A stretch of 64,000 nt of DNA from Planctomycetota bacterium (GCA_044222185.1 JBGANV010000001.1:896001-960000), one strand, 5' to 3'; counted from the first letter of the stretch, positions 45,887-56,701 are shown. Made by a program: numbers and translations. Notes: generated from the sequence alone by a model not told the origin.

Positions 45887-48169
45887 ATGTCCAAGAACAT
45901 CGAATCGACACCGGATTTCGTGAAAGCCTCATACGACCGGATCGCCCGGACGTTGCCCATCATCCGCAAGCGCCTCGGCCGCCCGCTGACGCTCACCGAG
46001 AAGATCCTCTTCGGACATCTCGATGACCCGGCGGCGCAGGATCTGACGGCGGGCAAGTCGTACCTGCAGCTCCGCCCCGATCGCGTCGCCATGCAGGACG
46101 CGACGGCTCAAATGGCATTGCTCCAGTTCGCCCAGTCGGGGATCAAGCGGGTCGCCGTTCCATCGACCGTTCACTGCGATCACCTGATCCGTGCGAACGC
46201 CGGGGCCGCGAACGACATGAAGGTCGCATTGGACGAGAATCGCGAGGTCTACGACTTCCTCCGTTCCGTCTGCGAGAAGTACGGCATCGGCTTCTGGGAG
46301 CCCGGAGCGGGAATCATCCACCAGGTCGTGCTCGAGACCTACGCCTTTCCGGGCGGACTGATGATCGGAACGGACTCGCATACGCCCAACGCCGGCGGGC
46401 TCGGAATGCTGGCGTGCGGCGTGGGCGGCGCGGACGCGGTCGACGTGATGGCAGGCCTTCCGTGGGAGGTGAAGAACCCCGAGCTCATCGGTGTCGTGCT
46501 CAAGGGACGGCTGAACGGCTGGACGGCACCGAAGGACGTCATCCTCGAGCTTTGCGGCATCCTCACCGTGAGCGGCGGCACGAATCGGATCGTCGAGTAT
46601 CTGGGGGAGGGCGCGCGATCGATCTCCTGCACGGGCAAGGGGACCGTCACGAACATGGGCGCCGAGCTCGGCGCGACCACGAGCGTGTTCCCGTTCGACC
46701 CTGCGATGGAGCGGTATCTGCGGGCCACAGAACGTGGGCCGCTCGCGGATCTCGCGGTGCAGAATCAGGCACTCCTGACGGCGGACCCCGAGGTCGAGAA
46801 GTCGCCCGAGAAGTTCTTCCATCGTGTGGTGGAGATCGATCTCTCGAAGCTCGAGCCGCGGATCGTCGGGCCGCACACCCCAGATCGCGCGCGACCGATC
46901 TCCAAGCTCGCCGCCGAGGCGAAGGCCGAGGGGTGGCCCGCGACATTCAGCTCGGCGCTGATCGGATCCTGCACGAACTCGTCGTACGAAGACATCACGC
47001 GCGCGGCCGACGTGGCCAAGCAGATCGCTGCCGTGGGCGGCAAGCTGACGGCGTCGCTTCTCGTGACTCCCGGATCGGAGCGGGTGCGTGCGACGATCGA
47101 ACGGGACGGACTGCTGACGACACTCACCGCAGCTGGTGCGACGGTGCTGGCCAACGCGTGCGGCCCGTGCATCGGCCAGTGGAAGCGCGACGACATGAAG
47201 GATGGCGTCCCGAACGCGATCATCACGTCGTTCAACCGCAACTTCCCGGCGCGCAATGACGGCAACGCCGGCACGCTGGCATTCATCGCGAGCCCCGAGA
47301 TCGTGATGGCGTACGCTGCGGCGGGCCGACTGGACGTCGACCCGACGAAGCAACCGATCACGACGAAGGACGGCAAGACGGTGACGCTGCGCGAGCCGGC
47401 CCCGGCGCCCGACCTCCCGCCAGCCGGCTTCACGAAGCTCACCTCCGGCTACCTGGCGCCGGCCGACGACGGGGATCGCGTCCAGATCGCGGTCGACCCG
47501 AAGTCGAAGCGACTTCAGCTGCTCAGCCCGTTCGCGGCCTGGGACGGAAAGGACTACGTCGAATGCCCCGTGCTGCTGAAGGCCAAGGGCAAGTGCACCA
47601 CGGATCACATTTCACCCGCGGGGCCGTGGCTCAAGTTCCGAGGCCACCTCGACAACATCAGCGACAACATGTTCCTGGGTGCAGTCAACGCCTTCACGGG
47701 TGAAGCCGGAAAGGGGTTCAACCAGCTCACGGGATCGCGGGGCGAGTCGTTCTCGCAGATCGCGCGGGCCTACAAGGCCTCCGGGAAGCGCTGGATCGCC
47801 GTCGGCGACAGCAACTACGGCGAAGGCTCGAGCCGGGAGCACGCGGCCATGTCGCCGCGATTCCTCGGCGCCGCCGCCGTGATCGTTCGCTCGTTCGCTC
47901 GCATTCACGAATCGAATTTGAAGAAGCAGGGCGTGCTTCCGCTGACGTTCGCGGATGCCGCCGACTACGAGAAGGTCCGGGAGACCGACAGGATCTCGAT
48001 TCGTGACCTTGCGTCCTTGGCGCCGGGGCGCGATGTGACGGCGACGCTCCATCATGCCGACGGGACGACGGAGACGTTGAGGCTTCGGCAGACGCTGAAC
48101 CAGGAGCAGATCGACTGGTTCAAGGCGGGCTCGGCGTTGAACAAGCTGGCGCGCGGTTCGGCTCGATAG
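45887..48169 (+). CDS. Aconitate hydratase, mitochondrial-type
   Basis: [70 protein letters not shown]. Confidence 0.96.
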   Translation: MSKNIESTPDFVKASYDRIARTLPIIRKRLGRPLTLTEKILFGHLDDPAAQDLTAGKSYLQLRPDRVAMQDATAQMALLQFAQSGIKRVAVPSTVHCDHLIRANAGAANDMKVALDENREVYDFLRSVCEKYGIGFWEPGAGIIHQVVLETYAFPGGLMIGTDSHTPNAGGLGMLACGVGGADAVDVMAGLPWEVKNPELIGVVLKGRLNGWTAPKDVILELCGILTVSGGTNRIVEYLGEGARSISCTGKGTVTNMGAELGATTSVFPFDPAMERYLRATERGPLADLAVQNQALLTADPEVEKSPEKFFHRVVEIDLSKLEPRIVGPHTPDRARPISKLAAEAKAEGWPATFSSALIGSCTNSSYEDITRAADVAKQIAAVGGKLTASLLVTPGSERVRATIERDGLLTTLTAAGATVLANACGPCIGQWKRDDMKDGVPNAIITSFNRNFPARNDGNAGTLAFIASPEIVMAYAAAGRLDVDPTKQPITTKDGKTVTLREPAPAPDLPPAGFTKLTSGYLAPADDGDRVQIAVDPKSKRLQLLSPFAAWDGKDYVECPVLLKAKGKCTTDHISPAGPWLKFRGHLDNISDNMFLGAVNAFTGEAGKGFNQLTGSRGESFSQIARAYKASGKRWIAVGDSNYGEGSSREHAAMSPRFLGAAAVIVRSFARIHESNLKKQGVLPLTFADAADYEKVRETDRISIRDLASLAPGRDVTATLHHADGTTETLRLRQTLNQEQIDWFKAGSALNKLARGSAR

Positions 48170-48674
48170 GCGCGTCATCGGGGGCCGGGGCCGCGGCGAC
48201 GGTTCGTCGCGAGCCCGTTCGGTGCGACGCATGGCCGACCCGGTCTCGGGTCGGCGCGTCGCCGGCGACGGATCCGATGGCTCATCGATTCGCGCCCGTG
48301 ACGGCTCGTTCGGGTGCCGTTGCGACGCGCGCGAGCCGACAAACGCGCGGTGTGAACTCACAGGGGATGGGGCGTCGTCGTCGTCGCTCGCGCGGCGTGA
48401 GGCGGACCGGGCACCGTGACCTCCGACGCTCGGGCCTGGGGTGCCCGGTGGCGGTCACGAAAGTGGCTGGGATCTGACCGGGTGAGGCGAGTCCGACGGG
48501 GCGCGATCAGCGGAGTGGATCGATCAGGACGTGTACTTCCACGCGCACGCATGACGTCCAATAATCCTTGTTATGACCACAAGACTATGGGTTTTTCGCC
48601 GAAACGACTGCGCCGCGGTCTACACGGCGCCATCACTCGAGGTCGCGCTATCCCACCGCTGGTCGCCGTGGCGA

Positions 48675-48983
48675 CTACTTGAAGAAGCTCTCCCAGACCT
48701 CGCGCGCCGATTGCGGGTTGGACTGGCCGTTCATGGAGGCTGCGCCCTCCGTCTTCGCGCCCGTCGTCGTCTCCTGGAAGTCGAACGAGTTGCAGCGGTT
48801 TCCCGCCCTCGCGTCCAGGATGCGCTCCGTGTTTGGAATCAGGCAGCGAATCTGGCCCCGTGGGACGAAGTACCTGCAGTTCTCGCAGGCGTGCAGCGAC
48901 ATGCCGCACTTCTCGCAGGTGTTGTTGAACCCTGGCTTCCCACTGGAGAGCCATGGGTGCTGACATCGATGGCACAATTTCAT
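48675..48983 (-). CDS. Small Cys-rich (putative metal-binding) hypothetical protein
   Basis: CHRC...CEKC...HACENC....C....N.C..F and a C-terminal AREVWESFFK. ATG at 48983. Confidence 0.8.
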   Translation of the reverse strand: MKLCHRCQHPWLSSGKPGFNNTCEKCGMSLHACENCRYFVPRGQIRCLIPNTERILDARAGNRCNSFDFQETTTGAKTEGAASMNGQSNPQSAREVWESFFK

Positions 48984-49144
48984 GAGAGGGGTTCTCACGC
49001 AGCACGAGGCGCCGCCTGTCGACGACCCCGCCTGCTCGTGCACGCACTGATCAGTCGGTTCTCAGCAGTCCCCCATTCCCGAAGCGCCGCACACACCCAA
49101 AACCGGCGGCTTCCTGAAGCCGGCCGGCTCTCATCTCGGGCGGG

Positions 49145-49174
49145 ATGGTAGTCGACAATCCCGCACGAAGTCAA
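49145..49174 (-). promoter_or_regulatory. Putative sigma-70 promoter
   Basis: TTGACT-18 nt-TACCAT on the minus strand, upstream of the Cys-rich gene. Confidence 0.55.
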
Positions 49175-49202
49175 GATCCCGAATGCTTCAACTGAAGCAC
49201 GC

Positions 49203-50705
49203 TCATTTGTCCGGTGGCTGGTACGTGCTGACGGTCTTCTCATCGAACTTGTGGAACTCGGCCTCCAGCACCGGAGCTTCCATGTTCCCGAGGATCGCCG
49301 TCTTGATGCCGTCGCGATTCATCGAGCCCGCGAGGAACTGCACGAACGCGTCCTTCATGCCGTCCGGCGACCGCTGCGCGAGGAACTGCAGGAAGTAGCC
49401 AGCCTTCATGATGGAACCGGGGGATTTCCGTTGGACTCCGTCCAGGAGCTTGGCGGCGTCCGTCGTCTCGGCCTTGGCGTTCGGCCAGATGAAACAGGCC
49501 TGCTTGTACGGCGGCCGATACTTCATTCCCGTCGGGCCCGCGTAGAAGCCGGAGAAGAACGACGTGAATGCATCGAGGAGCTTCGGGTCCTGCTTCGTGA
49601 TGTCCGCGAAGCGGCCGATGTACGCCTCGGCGGCCGCACGCCCGACCCACCATTTCACGTAGTCCTCGTCCTGGAAGAACGTGAACGCACCGCCGCGCTT
49701 CTTCTCGGCGAGCGGCGAATAGAACATGCCATCGTCGCTCGACCGGAACGCCGCCCAATCGGGTTTGGCAGCCGCGCCGAAGGCCCGATACTCGTCGGTG
49801 CTCTTGCCGAGCCGAATGACCAGGAGTCCTGCGTCGCCGTAGACGTCCGGCTCGATCCCGCTCATGGCGATCGCGGCGGCAACCGCATCCTCCGCCACCT
49901 TCAGGAGGATCGAGGAACGCTTGTGTCGCAGAGTCGTGTGGAGTTCGACGTGCTGACTCTTGAACACCCAAGGGTCGTCCCATTTCTGATGAAGTTCGTC
50001 GAGATCCGCAGTCTCCTTCCATGCGCCCTTGTACTTGCGTTGGCCCGCGTCGAACTTCGCCTGCTCCTCCTTCGTGAGCCATTCACCTTCACAGTTCCGC
50101 AGCCCCTGATCCTCGATCTTCTTCTTGAGCTCCTTCGTGACCCACCAGCCCTCGTGTTGGACGAGCCCGAGTTTCTTGATCGACGCCTCGGCGGGCGCGA
50201 TCCACGTTCCGTCCTTCTGCTGCACGAAGTTCAGGGCCTTGAAGCGCGGAGCCATTTCCTTCTGGCGCGCCGCTTCTGCCTCGGCCGCAGGGATCCATTT
50301 TCCGTCCTTCTTCACGTTCCCGAGTGCAGCCTGGGCTTCCGCATTCTCCGGGTCAGCCTTCACGATCTCGCCGTAGAGAGCGCGGGCCTCCTTGCCCAAT
50401 CCCTCGCCCTTGGCCCATTTCGCCAGCTCGATGAGCGCTTTCGCATCGGTCGAGTTGGCAGCCTTGCGTCGATCGTTGAACTCGTCACGAACCGTGGGCT
50501 TCTTCTCGTAGGACTCGACCGCAGACTTGGCCAACACGATCTTCTTGTCGTCCAGGTCGACGAACGTGTACTGCGTCGCCGTTTCCTGCTTCAGCGTCAG
50601 GTTCTTGTAGACCTTGCCGTCCTTCGTCTTCACCTCGTCGGCACGGAGCATTCCGGCGAGGCACAGCACGAACGCGAGTCCAAAGAGGCAGCGTGACATA
50701 TCCAT
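49203..50705 (-). CDS. Secreted hypothetical protein with G.V..(D/E)G.W repeats and a degenerate DUF1570-like domain
   Basis: Signal peptide, DEVKTKDG, LAKWA...GL, DPENAEAQAALG and five Trp-containing repeats. Strong codon bias. Confidence 0.8.
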   Translation of the reverse strand: MDMSRCLFGLAFVLCLAGMLRADEVKTKDGKVYKNLTLKQETATQYTFVDLDDKKIVLAKSAVESYEKKPTVRDEFNDRRKAANSTDAKALIELAKWAKGEGLGKEARALYGEIVKADPENAEAQAALGNVKKDGKWIPAAEAEAARQKEMAPRFKALNFVQQKDGTWIAPAEASIKKLGLVQHEGWWVTKELKKKIEDQGLRNCEGEWLTKEEQAKFDAGQRKYKGAWKETADLDELHQKWDDPWVFKSQHVELHTTLRHKRSSILLKVAEDAVAAAIAMSGIEPDVYGDAGLLVIRLGKSTDEYRAFGAAAKPDWAAFRSSDDGMFYSPLAEKKRGGAFTFFQDEDYVKWWVGRAAAEAYIGRFADITKQDPKLLDAFTSFFSGFYAGPTGMKYRPPYKQACFIWPNAKAETTDAAKLLDGVQRKSPGSIMKAGYFLQFLAQRSPDGMKDAFVQFLAGSMNRDGIKTAILGNMEAPVLEAEFHKFDEKTVSTYQPPDK

Positions 50706-50758
50706 CTCCCGAGAGTCGGTCCAGGGGCGCGAGCGCGGAGGGGGCGCCGGATCGAGCG

Positions 50759-52081
50759 TCAGCCGGCTGATTCGACCCGCACTCCACGGACGGAGTCATC
50801 GACGATCCGCCCGTCGCGGAAGATCATACGTCCGCCGACAACCGTCGCGAGCACCCGGCCTTGCAGCCGGCGACCGACGTAGGGCGAATGTCCTGTCTTC
50901 GAGAAGAGTTCGTCCACGGCGGGAGACTGGACCGCCCCTGGGTCGACGACCGTGAGGTCCCCGTGGTAGCCAACCCGGATCGCCCCACGCTCGGCCAACC
51001 CGAAGGCCCGTGCCGGCGCTTCGCCCATGAGGCGGGCGACGTCCAGGAGCGTGAGGAGCCCCCGGGCACACAGGTCCAGGAGAACCGGAACCTGGTGCTG
51101 GATCCCGGGCAAACCGGACGGAGCGGCCCCGAAATTCTGCGACTTCTCGGCCGTCGTGTGCGGTGCGTGGTCCGAGTGGACATGGTCGATCACGCCCCGT
51201 CGGATCCCATCGATCAGCCCATCCTGATCCGCCTTGGACTTGATGGAAGGATTGATCTTCAGCCAGTTGCCGACCGCCGCCACGTCGTCGTCGGTGAAAA
51301 ACAGGTACTGCGGGCACGTGGCGGCCGTGATGTCGAGCCCGTCGGCCTTTGCGCGCTCGACGAGCGTTACGGCCCGTGCGGTGGACAGGTGCGGCAGGTG
51401 AAGCCGTGTTCCGAAGGCACGCGCCATTTCGATGGCTTCACCGACGGCGACGGCCTCGGAGAGGGCGGGCCTCGCGAGGACGTGCGACGATGCCATGTCC
51501 GGCAGCCCCTGGCGTGCAAGCTTGTTGATTCCGTCCGATTCTGCGTGGACGGCGAGGACGCGACCGATCTTCGCCACGGCGCGAAACGCCTTCGCGAGGT
51601 CACCGATGTCCGTGATCGTCAGCGGGCCCACGCTCTGTGTCATGAACGCCTTGAACGCGATGACTGACTCGCACATCGAGCCGAGCTGATCGAGGTTCTG
51701 GACGCCGACGTTGCCGTAGATACCGAAGTTCACGCGGGACTTCGGCGCGATCATCGCCAGCTTCTCGCGAGCCGCGTCGGCACTCGTCGTCAGCGGCTCG
51801 TTGTTCTGGATCTCGAGAACCGTGGTGATTCCCCCGGCGGCGGCCGCTCGCGTGCCGGTGCCGAAGTCCTCCTTGTCCGTCCGCCCAGGCTCTCGGAAGT
51901 GCACGTGCGTGTCGATGCAACCTGGCAGCACCACCACGCCAGTGCAGTCGATCTCCTGCGCGCCGCGGATGGGCTCCGTCGTGATGGCAGCGATCCTGCC
52001 TTCGCGAATCCCCACGTTCGCCCGACGCCTCGAACCGTCGATGATCGCGTCGCCGCCGAAACAGACGAGGTCAAACAACAC
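50759..52081 (-). CDS. pyrC: Dihydroorotase / cyclic amidohydrolase family protein
   Basis: PGCIDTHVHFREPG, AAAAGGITT, VHAE, HLST, KINP, SDHAPH, GLPG, SK...SPY. Allantoinase cannot be fully excluded. Confidence 0.75.
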   Translation of the reverse strand: MLFDLVCFGGDAIIDGSRRRANVGIREGRIAAITTEPIRGAQEIDCTGVVVLPGCIDTHVHFREPGRTDKEDFGTGTRAAAAGGITTVLEIQNNEPLTTSADAAREKLAMIAPKSRVNFGIYGNVGVQNLDQLGSMCESVIAFKAFMTQSVGPLTITDIGDLAKAFRAVAKIGRVLAVHAESDGINKLARQGLPDMASSHVLARPALSEAVAVGEAIEMARAFGTRLHLPHLSTARAVTLVERAKADGLDITAATCPQYLFFTDDDVAAVGNWLKINPSIKSKADQDGLIDGIRRGVIDHVHSDHAPHTTAEKSQNFGAAPSGLPGIQHQVPVLLDLCARGLLTLLDVARLMGEAPARAFGLAERGAIRVGYHGDLTVVDPGAVQSPAVDELFSKTGHSPYVGRRLQGRVLATVVGGRMIFRDGRIVDDSVRGVRVESAG

Positions 52082-52113
52082 GCGGGTCCGTCCAATCCGG
52101 GCGCAATCGCGCC

Positions 52114-53238
52114 TCAGTTCGTCAGTTCGAGAAGTCGGTCGTGCCAGGCAGACGGCTCTGGCCTGCGGTCCTCACCCGTGAGGATCCGCAAGGCGACGCA
52201 CGCGGCCACGCGAGTCGCCTGATCGGGCCCGGTCTTCGTTTGATCGTCGAAGGCTCTGCGGATCACGTCCAACGCCGACCGTCGTGACTCTGGCGCGACG
52301 AGCGCAGCCGCGAGCGGAACGTGTGGGGGACTTCGCCGCTTGAGCGCCTCGTCGAGTCGCGTGACGGGACTTTGCGAGAGGTGTTCCCAGTTGCGCGGGA
52401 ACACCCGCACCCGAGTCGGCTTCAGCACGAGGTTCCCGGGGACGAGTTCCTCGCCCACTTTGAGCTGCGCCATGTAGAGCGTTCCCGAGACCACGTACTC
52501 CTTGAGCGAGATGCCCGATGGGTTCTGATCCATCGTGTCGATCTTGATCGGGATCAAGTGCCGCTTGCCGGGCGCGAGAGTGACCGGCTCCCCGATCAAG
52601 GTGTTCTGCGTCAACCGGTCGTGTACCTGGGTACCGTCGAAGCCGAACTCCGTGTAGTCCGTCTCCATGCGCAAGAGCGTTCGGGAATTCGACGGCGCGC
52701 CACCGGAGGCAACCTCGGCCTCATCCGCGATCACGAGCGTTTCGGGCGAGAGGTTCAGCAATGCGACTTCACCCGTGATGGACTCCCCCACGGTCACTCT
52801 CGTCCTGTCGAGCCGGATGACGGCGTCCAGATAGAAGCTCTGCATGAGATGCTGCTTGGCATTCATGCGTGCGGACTCGACCTTGTCTCGGTCAGTCCCG
52901 GCGACGCCGCGACGCAGGAGTTCGTCGCCGACCTGCAGTGCGGTCTCGTAATCGCCGTCCTCGACGGCGAGCTGCAGGCGATGCAGTCCGTCAGCGATTT
53001 GCGCCGGCGTCATCAGGTCCGGTTCGGCGCTGGGACCGCTCTCGGTCGCCCGTGCGGCATTGGCCCGGGGGATGACGAGCGGTTGTGGACCCGAGGGGGC
53101 GACATCCGCGCTCGGCTCGGCGCACGCACCGCCGAGGAATGAGATGACGATGAGAGCCGAGACGAAACCGAATGATCCGGTCACGCCCCGGCTCCATGTC
53201 GAACGTCGGTTGCCGCGAGACTCAGTAGGAATTCCCAC
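52114..53238 (-). CDS. Hypothetical protein, possible lipoprotein
   Basis: Hydrophobic stretch ending LGGAC, then helical, beta-rich and helical segments. Lies directly after rpsA. Confidence 0.7.
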   Translation of the reverse strand: MGIPTESRGNRRSTWSRGVTGSFGFVSALIVISFLGGACAEPSADVAPSGPQPLVIPRANAARATESGPSAEPDLMTPAQIADGLHRLQLAVEDGDYETALQVGDELLRRGVAGTDRDKVESARMNAKQHLMQSFYLDAVIRLDRTRVTVGESITGEVALLNLSPETLVIADEAEVASGGAPSNSRTLLRMETDYTEFGFDGTQVHDRLTQNTLIGEPVTLAPGKRHLIPIKIDTMDQNPSGISLKEYVVSGTLYMAQLKVGEELVPGNLVLKPTRVRVFPRNWEHLSQSPVTRLDEALKRRSPPHVPLAAALVAPESRRSALDVIRRAFDDQTKTGPDQATRVAACVALRILTGEDRRPEPSAWHDRLLELTN

Positions 53239-53253
53239 GGCACCCCCGATCGT

Positions 53254-54996
53254 TCAGGCGTTCTCGCCGTTGTCGCCCGCGGGCTCCCCTTCGCCTTCCG
53301 TCGCGGCCGGCGTCGCCTCGCCCTCGGGTGGCGTGGCGGGACGCGGTGCGGCCTCGACGACCTCGAGCAGCGTCAGGCCGATCTTCCGCTCCTCCGGGTT
53401 CACCTTGATGACCTTCACGCGCACCTTGTCACCGACGGAGACGACTTCCTCGGGGTTGTTGACCTTCGTCTCGGAGAGCTCCGAGATGTGAAGGAGACCC
53501 TCGAGGTCCGACTCGAGCTGAACGAAGACGCCGAAGTTCGTGATCTTGGTGACGACGCCATCCAGGTCCGCACCGACGAGGTAGCGGTTCGGGATGTCGT
53601 AATCCCACGGATCCTCCGACAGCTGCTTCATGCCGAGGGCGACGCGCTTCTTCTCCTGATCGACGGAGAGGACGATCGCCTCGACCATGTCGCCCTTCTT
53701 GAGCATCTCGGAGGGGTGCGACACCTTGCGCGTCCACGACATGTCGGAGACGTGGAGCAGGCCGTCGATGCCCTCTTCGATCTCGACGAAGGCGCCGTAG
53801 TTCGTGAGGTTGCGGACCCGGCCGCGGATGATCGTGCCGACCGGGTACTTCTGCTCGACGACGTCCCAGGGGTTCTCCTCGACCTGCTTCATGCCGAGGG
53901 AGATCTCCTGCTTCTGGGCGTTCACGTTCAGGACGACCACGTCGACGATCTGGGCCGGCTGGACCAATTCGTTCGGGTGGTTGACCCGGCGCGTCCACGA
54001 CATCTCGGAGATGTGGACCAGGCCCTCGACGCCTTCCTCGAGCTTGACGAACGCACCGTAGGACATGACGTTCACCACTTCGCCCTGCAGCTTCATGCCG
54101 GGCTGGTAGCGATCCTCGATGTTCTCCCACGGCGACGGCGTCTTCTGCTTGAGGCCGAGCGCGATGCGCTCCGACTCCTGGTCGAACTTCAGGACCTTCA
54201 CGTCGATCATGTCGTCGATCGACAGCATCTCGGACGGGTGGTTGATGCGACCCCACGCCATGTCCGTGATGTGGAGGAGACCGTCGATGCCGCCCAGGTC
54301 GACGAACGCGCCGAAGTCGGCGATGTTCTTGACGACGCCACGGCGGATCTGCCCCTCGGTGAGGTTCGAGAGCAGGTCGCGCTTCTTCGTCTCGCGCCCT
54401 TCCTCGAGCATCTTGCGGCGGGAGATGACGATGTTCATGCGCGCTTCATCGATCTTGATGATCCGCGCCTCGACTTCCTTGCCGATGTACTGGGAGATGT
54501 CGCCCGCGCGACGGATCTCGATCTGGGACGCCGGCAGGAAGACCGGGATGCCGATGTCGACGAGGAGTCCGCCCTTGATCTTGCGGACGCACATGCCCTT
54601 GACGACGTCGCCTTCCTTGTGCGTCGTGATGATGCGCTCCCAACCGCGGATGCGGTCGGCCTTGCGCTTCGAGAGTTCGGGAAGTCCACGCGTGTCGCCG
54701 GCGTCCTCGAGGAAGACCTCGATCTCGTCGCCGACCTGGGGGACCTTCTCGCCGAATTCCGAGATCTGGACGGTGCCTTCGGACTTCGAGCGGAAGTCGA
54801 TGAGCACTTCGTCGCTGCGAACCTCGATGACGCGCCCCTTCACGATCGAGCCGCTCTTGACCGAGCGTTCGCCAGCGGCGTCGAGGTCGCCGGCGAGGTC
54901 TGGCGTACCACTGAGCTCCTGCGCGAGGAGCTTCTCGATGTCGTCGTTGGACGAAGTGAACTTCTTGACGAGGGCGCGGGATTGGACTGTTGACAT
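53254..54996 (-). CDS. rpsA: 30S ribosomal protein S1
   Basis: Six S1 domains: KSEG, FLPASQ, FGAFVDLGGIDGLLHITD, GLVHISEMSW, GLLHVSDMSW, GLLHISEL. Confidence 0.99.
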   Translation of the reverse strand: MSTVQSRALVKKFTSSNDDIEKLLAQELSGTPDLAGDLDAAGERSVKSGSIVKGRVIEVRSDEVLIDFRSKSEGTVQISEFGEKVPQVGDEIEVFLEDAGDTRGLPELSKRKADRIRGWERIITTHKEGDVVKGMCVRKIKGGLLVDIGIPVFLPASQIEIRRAGDISQYIGKEVEARIIKIDEARMNIVISRRKMLEEGRETKKRDLLSNLTEGQIRRGVVKNIADFGAFVDLGGIDGLLHITDMAWGRINHPSEMLSIDDMIDVKVLKFDQESERIALGLKQKTPSPWENIEDRYQPGMKLQGEVVNVMSYGAFVKLEEGVEGLVHISEMSWTRRVNHPNELVQPAQIVDVVVLNVNAQKQEISLGMKQVEENPWDVVEQKYPVGTIIRGRVRNLTNYGAFVEIEEGIDGLLHVSDMSWTRKVSHPSEMLKKGDMVEAIVLSVDQEKKRVALGMKQLSEDPWDYDIPNRYLVGADLDGVVTKITNFGVFVQLESDLEGLLHISELSETKVNNPEEVVSVGDKVRVKVIKVNPEERKIGLTLLEVVEAAPRPATPPEGEATPAATEGEGEPAGDNGENA

Positions 54997-55095
54997 GGAA
55001 ACCTTGTTGTCTATCGCAACGCCGGTCGTGACCGCCGTGGTTCGTCCGTTCGGAAGCGAACCCTCACGCGTGTCGCACGATCGACGGGAGCCGCA

Positions 55096-55830
55096 TCACC
55101 GTTTCGGAAAGGACACCGCGTCCTTCCCCGAGGGACCGCGTGCGGTGGGCTCGCTCCGCCCCGCGTTCCCGTTGACTGATCCTTTGTGTTTGATGGCGTG
55201 GGCCACGATGATCTCCACCACCTCGTCGATGGTGTGGTTCGTGGTGTCGACGACTGTTTGATCGTTCATCCGCACGAGTGGCGCGTGTTCGCGAGTGGAG
55301 TCGCGCTCGTCGCGGACGCGGAGACGGGCAACCAGCTCGGCCTGGGTGACGGCCTCCCCCGCTGTCGCGAGTTCGGCGCGTCGGCGCTCGGCACGCGTCT
55401 CCAGCGACGCGTCCAGGTAGATCTTCACGGCTGCGCCCGGGAACACGACGGTCCCCATGTCCCGGCCCTCGCAGACCAGGTCGGTCGACGCGCCGACCCG
55501 GCGCTGGAGCTCCGTCATCGCGGAGCGAACCTGGGGGTGGGCGCTGACGGCGGAGACGTTGGCGGTAACCCTCTCCGTCCGAATCTCGCGCGTGACGTCA
55601 CGGTCATCGAGGAGGACGCGACCGTCCGTGGGGAGATCGATGCGGAGTCCGTGGGCGAGCTTCCCGAGGGCGGCCCCGTCGTCGACGGGCGTTCCGGCGT
55701 CGAGTGCCGCGACCGTCACGGCGCGGTACATGGCCCCGGAATCGAGGTAGCGGAACCCGAGCCTCGCCGCGACACGCTTCGCGGTCGTACTCTTGCCGGC
55801 GCCGGCCGGCCCATCGATGGTCACGATCAC
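55096..55830 (-). CDS. cmk: Cytidylate kinase
   Basis: IDGPAGAGKST, LDSGAMYRA, EGRDMGTVVFP, RD.RDS.R..APL. GTG start at 55830; lies upstream of rpsA. Confidence 0.96.
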   Translation of the reverse strand: MIVTIDGPAGAGKSTTAKRVAARLGFRYLDSGAMYRAVTVAALDAGTPVDDGAALGKLAHGLRIDLPTDGRVLLDDRDVTREIRTERVTANVSAVSAHPQVRSAMTELQRRVGASTDLVCEGRDMGTVVFPGAAVKIYLDASLETRAERRRAELATAGEAVTQAELVARLRVRDERDSTREHAPLVRMNDQTVVDTTNHTIDEVVEIIVAHAIKHKGSVNGNAGRSEPTARGPSGKDAVSFPKR

Positions 55831-55945
55831 TCGGGGTGGGTCTCTCGGGAGGCGAGCGGGGCACGCTCGGTTGGACGGCACGCCCCAAAAACTCGGGCCA
55901 GAATGCTACGGCGCTTCCAACGCCTCGGAAAGGGGCCAAGTCCGG

Positions 55946-56701
55946 TCAGGACTGGGGTTTCCCGGGATCGAAACGTCGGATCCGCAGGTCCCCGCCGTCG
56001 AAGTGAAGGTAGTTGGGCCCGTCCTCCCACGCCCCAGTGGTGAACAGCCGGGCCGACCCGCGCGTGCCGCTGACCGGCGTTTCGGCGAGGTGATGGATGT
56101 GGCCGCAGATCACGATGTCGTATTGCCGTCGCGACAGCAGACCGGTCACACCGTCGAGGATCGATCCCAGCCGGTTCGTTTCCGTCTCCTTCAGGCGAGC
56201 CGTCTTGCGCGCCGAGATCGCGCGGTACCGGCGCGCCGCAAAGATCCCCGCGCCCGCGGGCAGGGCCTGGACGATCCACCGCATGGGAGGCGATCGGAGG
56301 ATCTTCTTGGCCATCTGGTAGCTGTGGTCGTGGACGCAGAACTCGTCGCCGTGCGACAGGTGGACGGAGAAACGGCCGAGCTCGAGGTCGATCTCATCGG
56401 GCGCGAGCCGGGCACCCTGGTCGACGAACGTGCGGTCCAACAGGTAGTCCCGATTGCCAGCCAGGAGCGTGACCGCGACGCCCTGACGTGTCAGAGCGCC
56501 GATGCCGTCGAAGAGCGGCCGATAGAACTCGAGGCTCCCCTGCTTGCCCCCGACGTAGAAGTCGAACAGGTCTCCGTGGATGAACAGGCGCGACGCGAGG
56601 CCCGGGACGGCACCCAGGAAGGCGACGAAGTTGGAGAGGTAGGCCTCTCCGCCGAAGTAGAGATGCACGTCCGAGACGAAGACGGCCGGGCCGTTCTCCA
56701 T
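55946..56701 (-). CDS. lpxH: UDP-2,3-diacylglucosamine diphosphatase
   Basis: SDVHL, GDLFD, GNRD (Arg typical of LpxH), HGD, GHIH. Confidence 0.85.
   Translation of the reverse strand: MENGPAVFVSDVHLYFGGEAYLSNFVAFLGAVPGLASRLFIHGDLFDFYVGGKQGSLEFYRPLFDGIGALTRQGVAVTLLAGNRDYLLDRTFVDQGARLAPDEIDLELGRFSVHLSHGDEFCVHDHSYQMAKKILRSPPMRWIVQALPAGAGIFAARRYRAISARKTARLKETETNRLGSILDGVTGLLSRRQYDIVICGHIHHLAETPVSGTRGSARLFTTGAWEDGPNYLHFDGGDLRIRRFDPGKPQS

Noticed and set aside
45887-48169. Mitochondrial-like aconitase as a eukaryote-to-bacterium transfer
   Set aside because: This aconitase type is already known in several bacterial phyla, and its codon usage is native.
53254-54420. Internal sequence repeats in rpsA
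   Set aside because: These are the normal tandem S1 domains.
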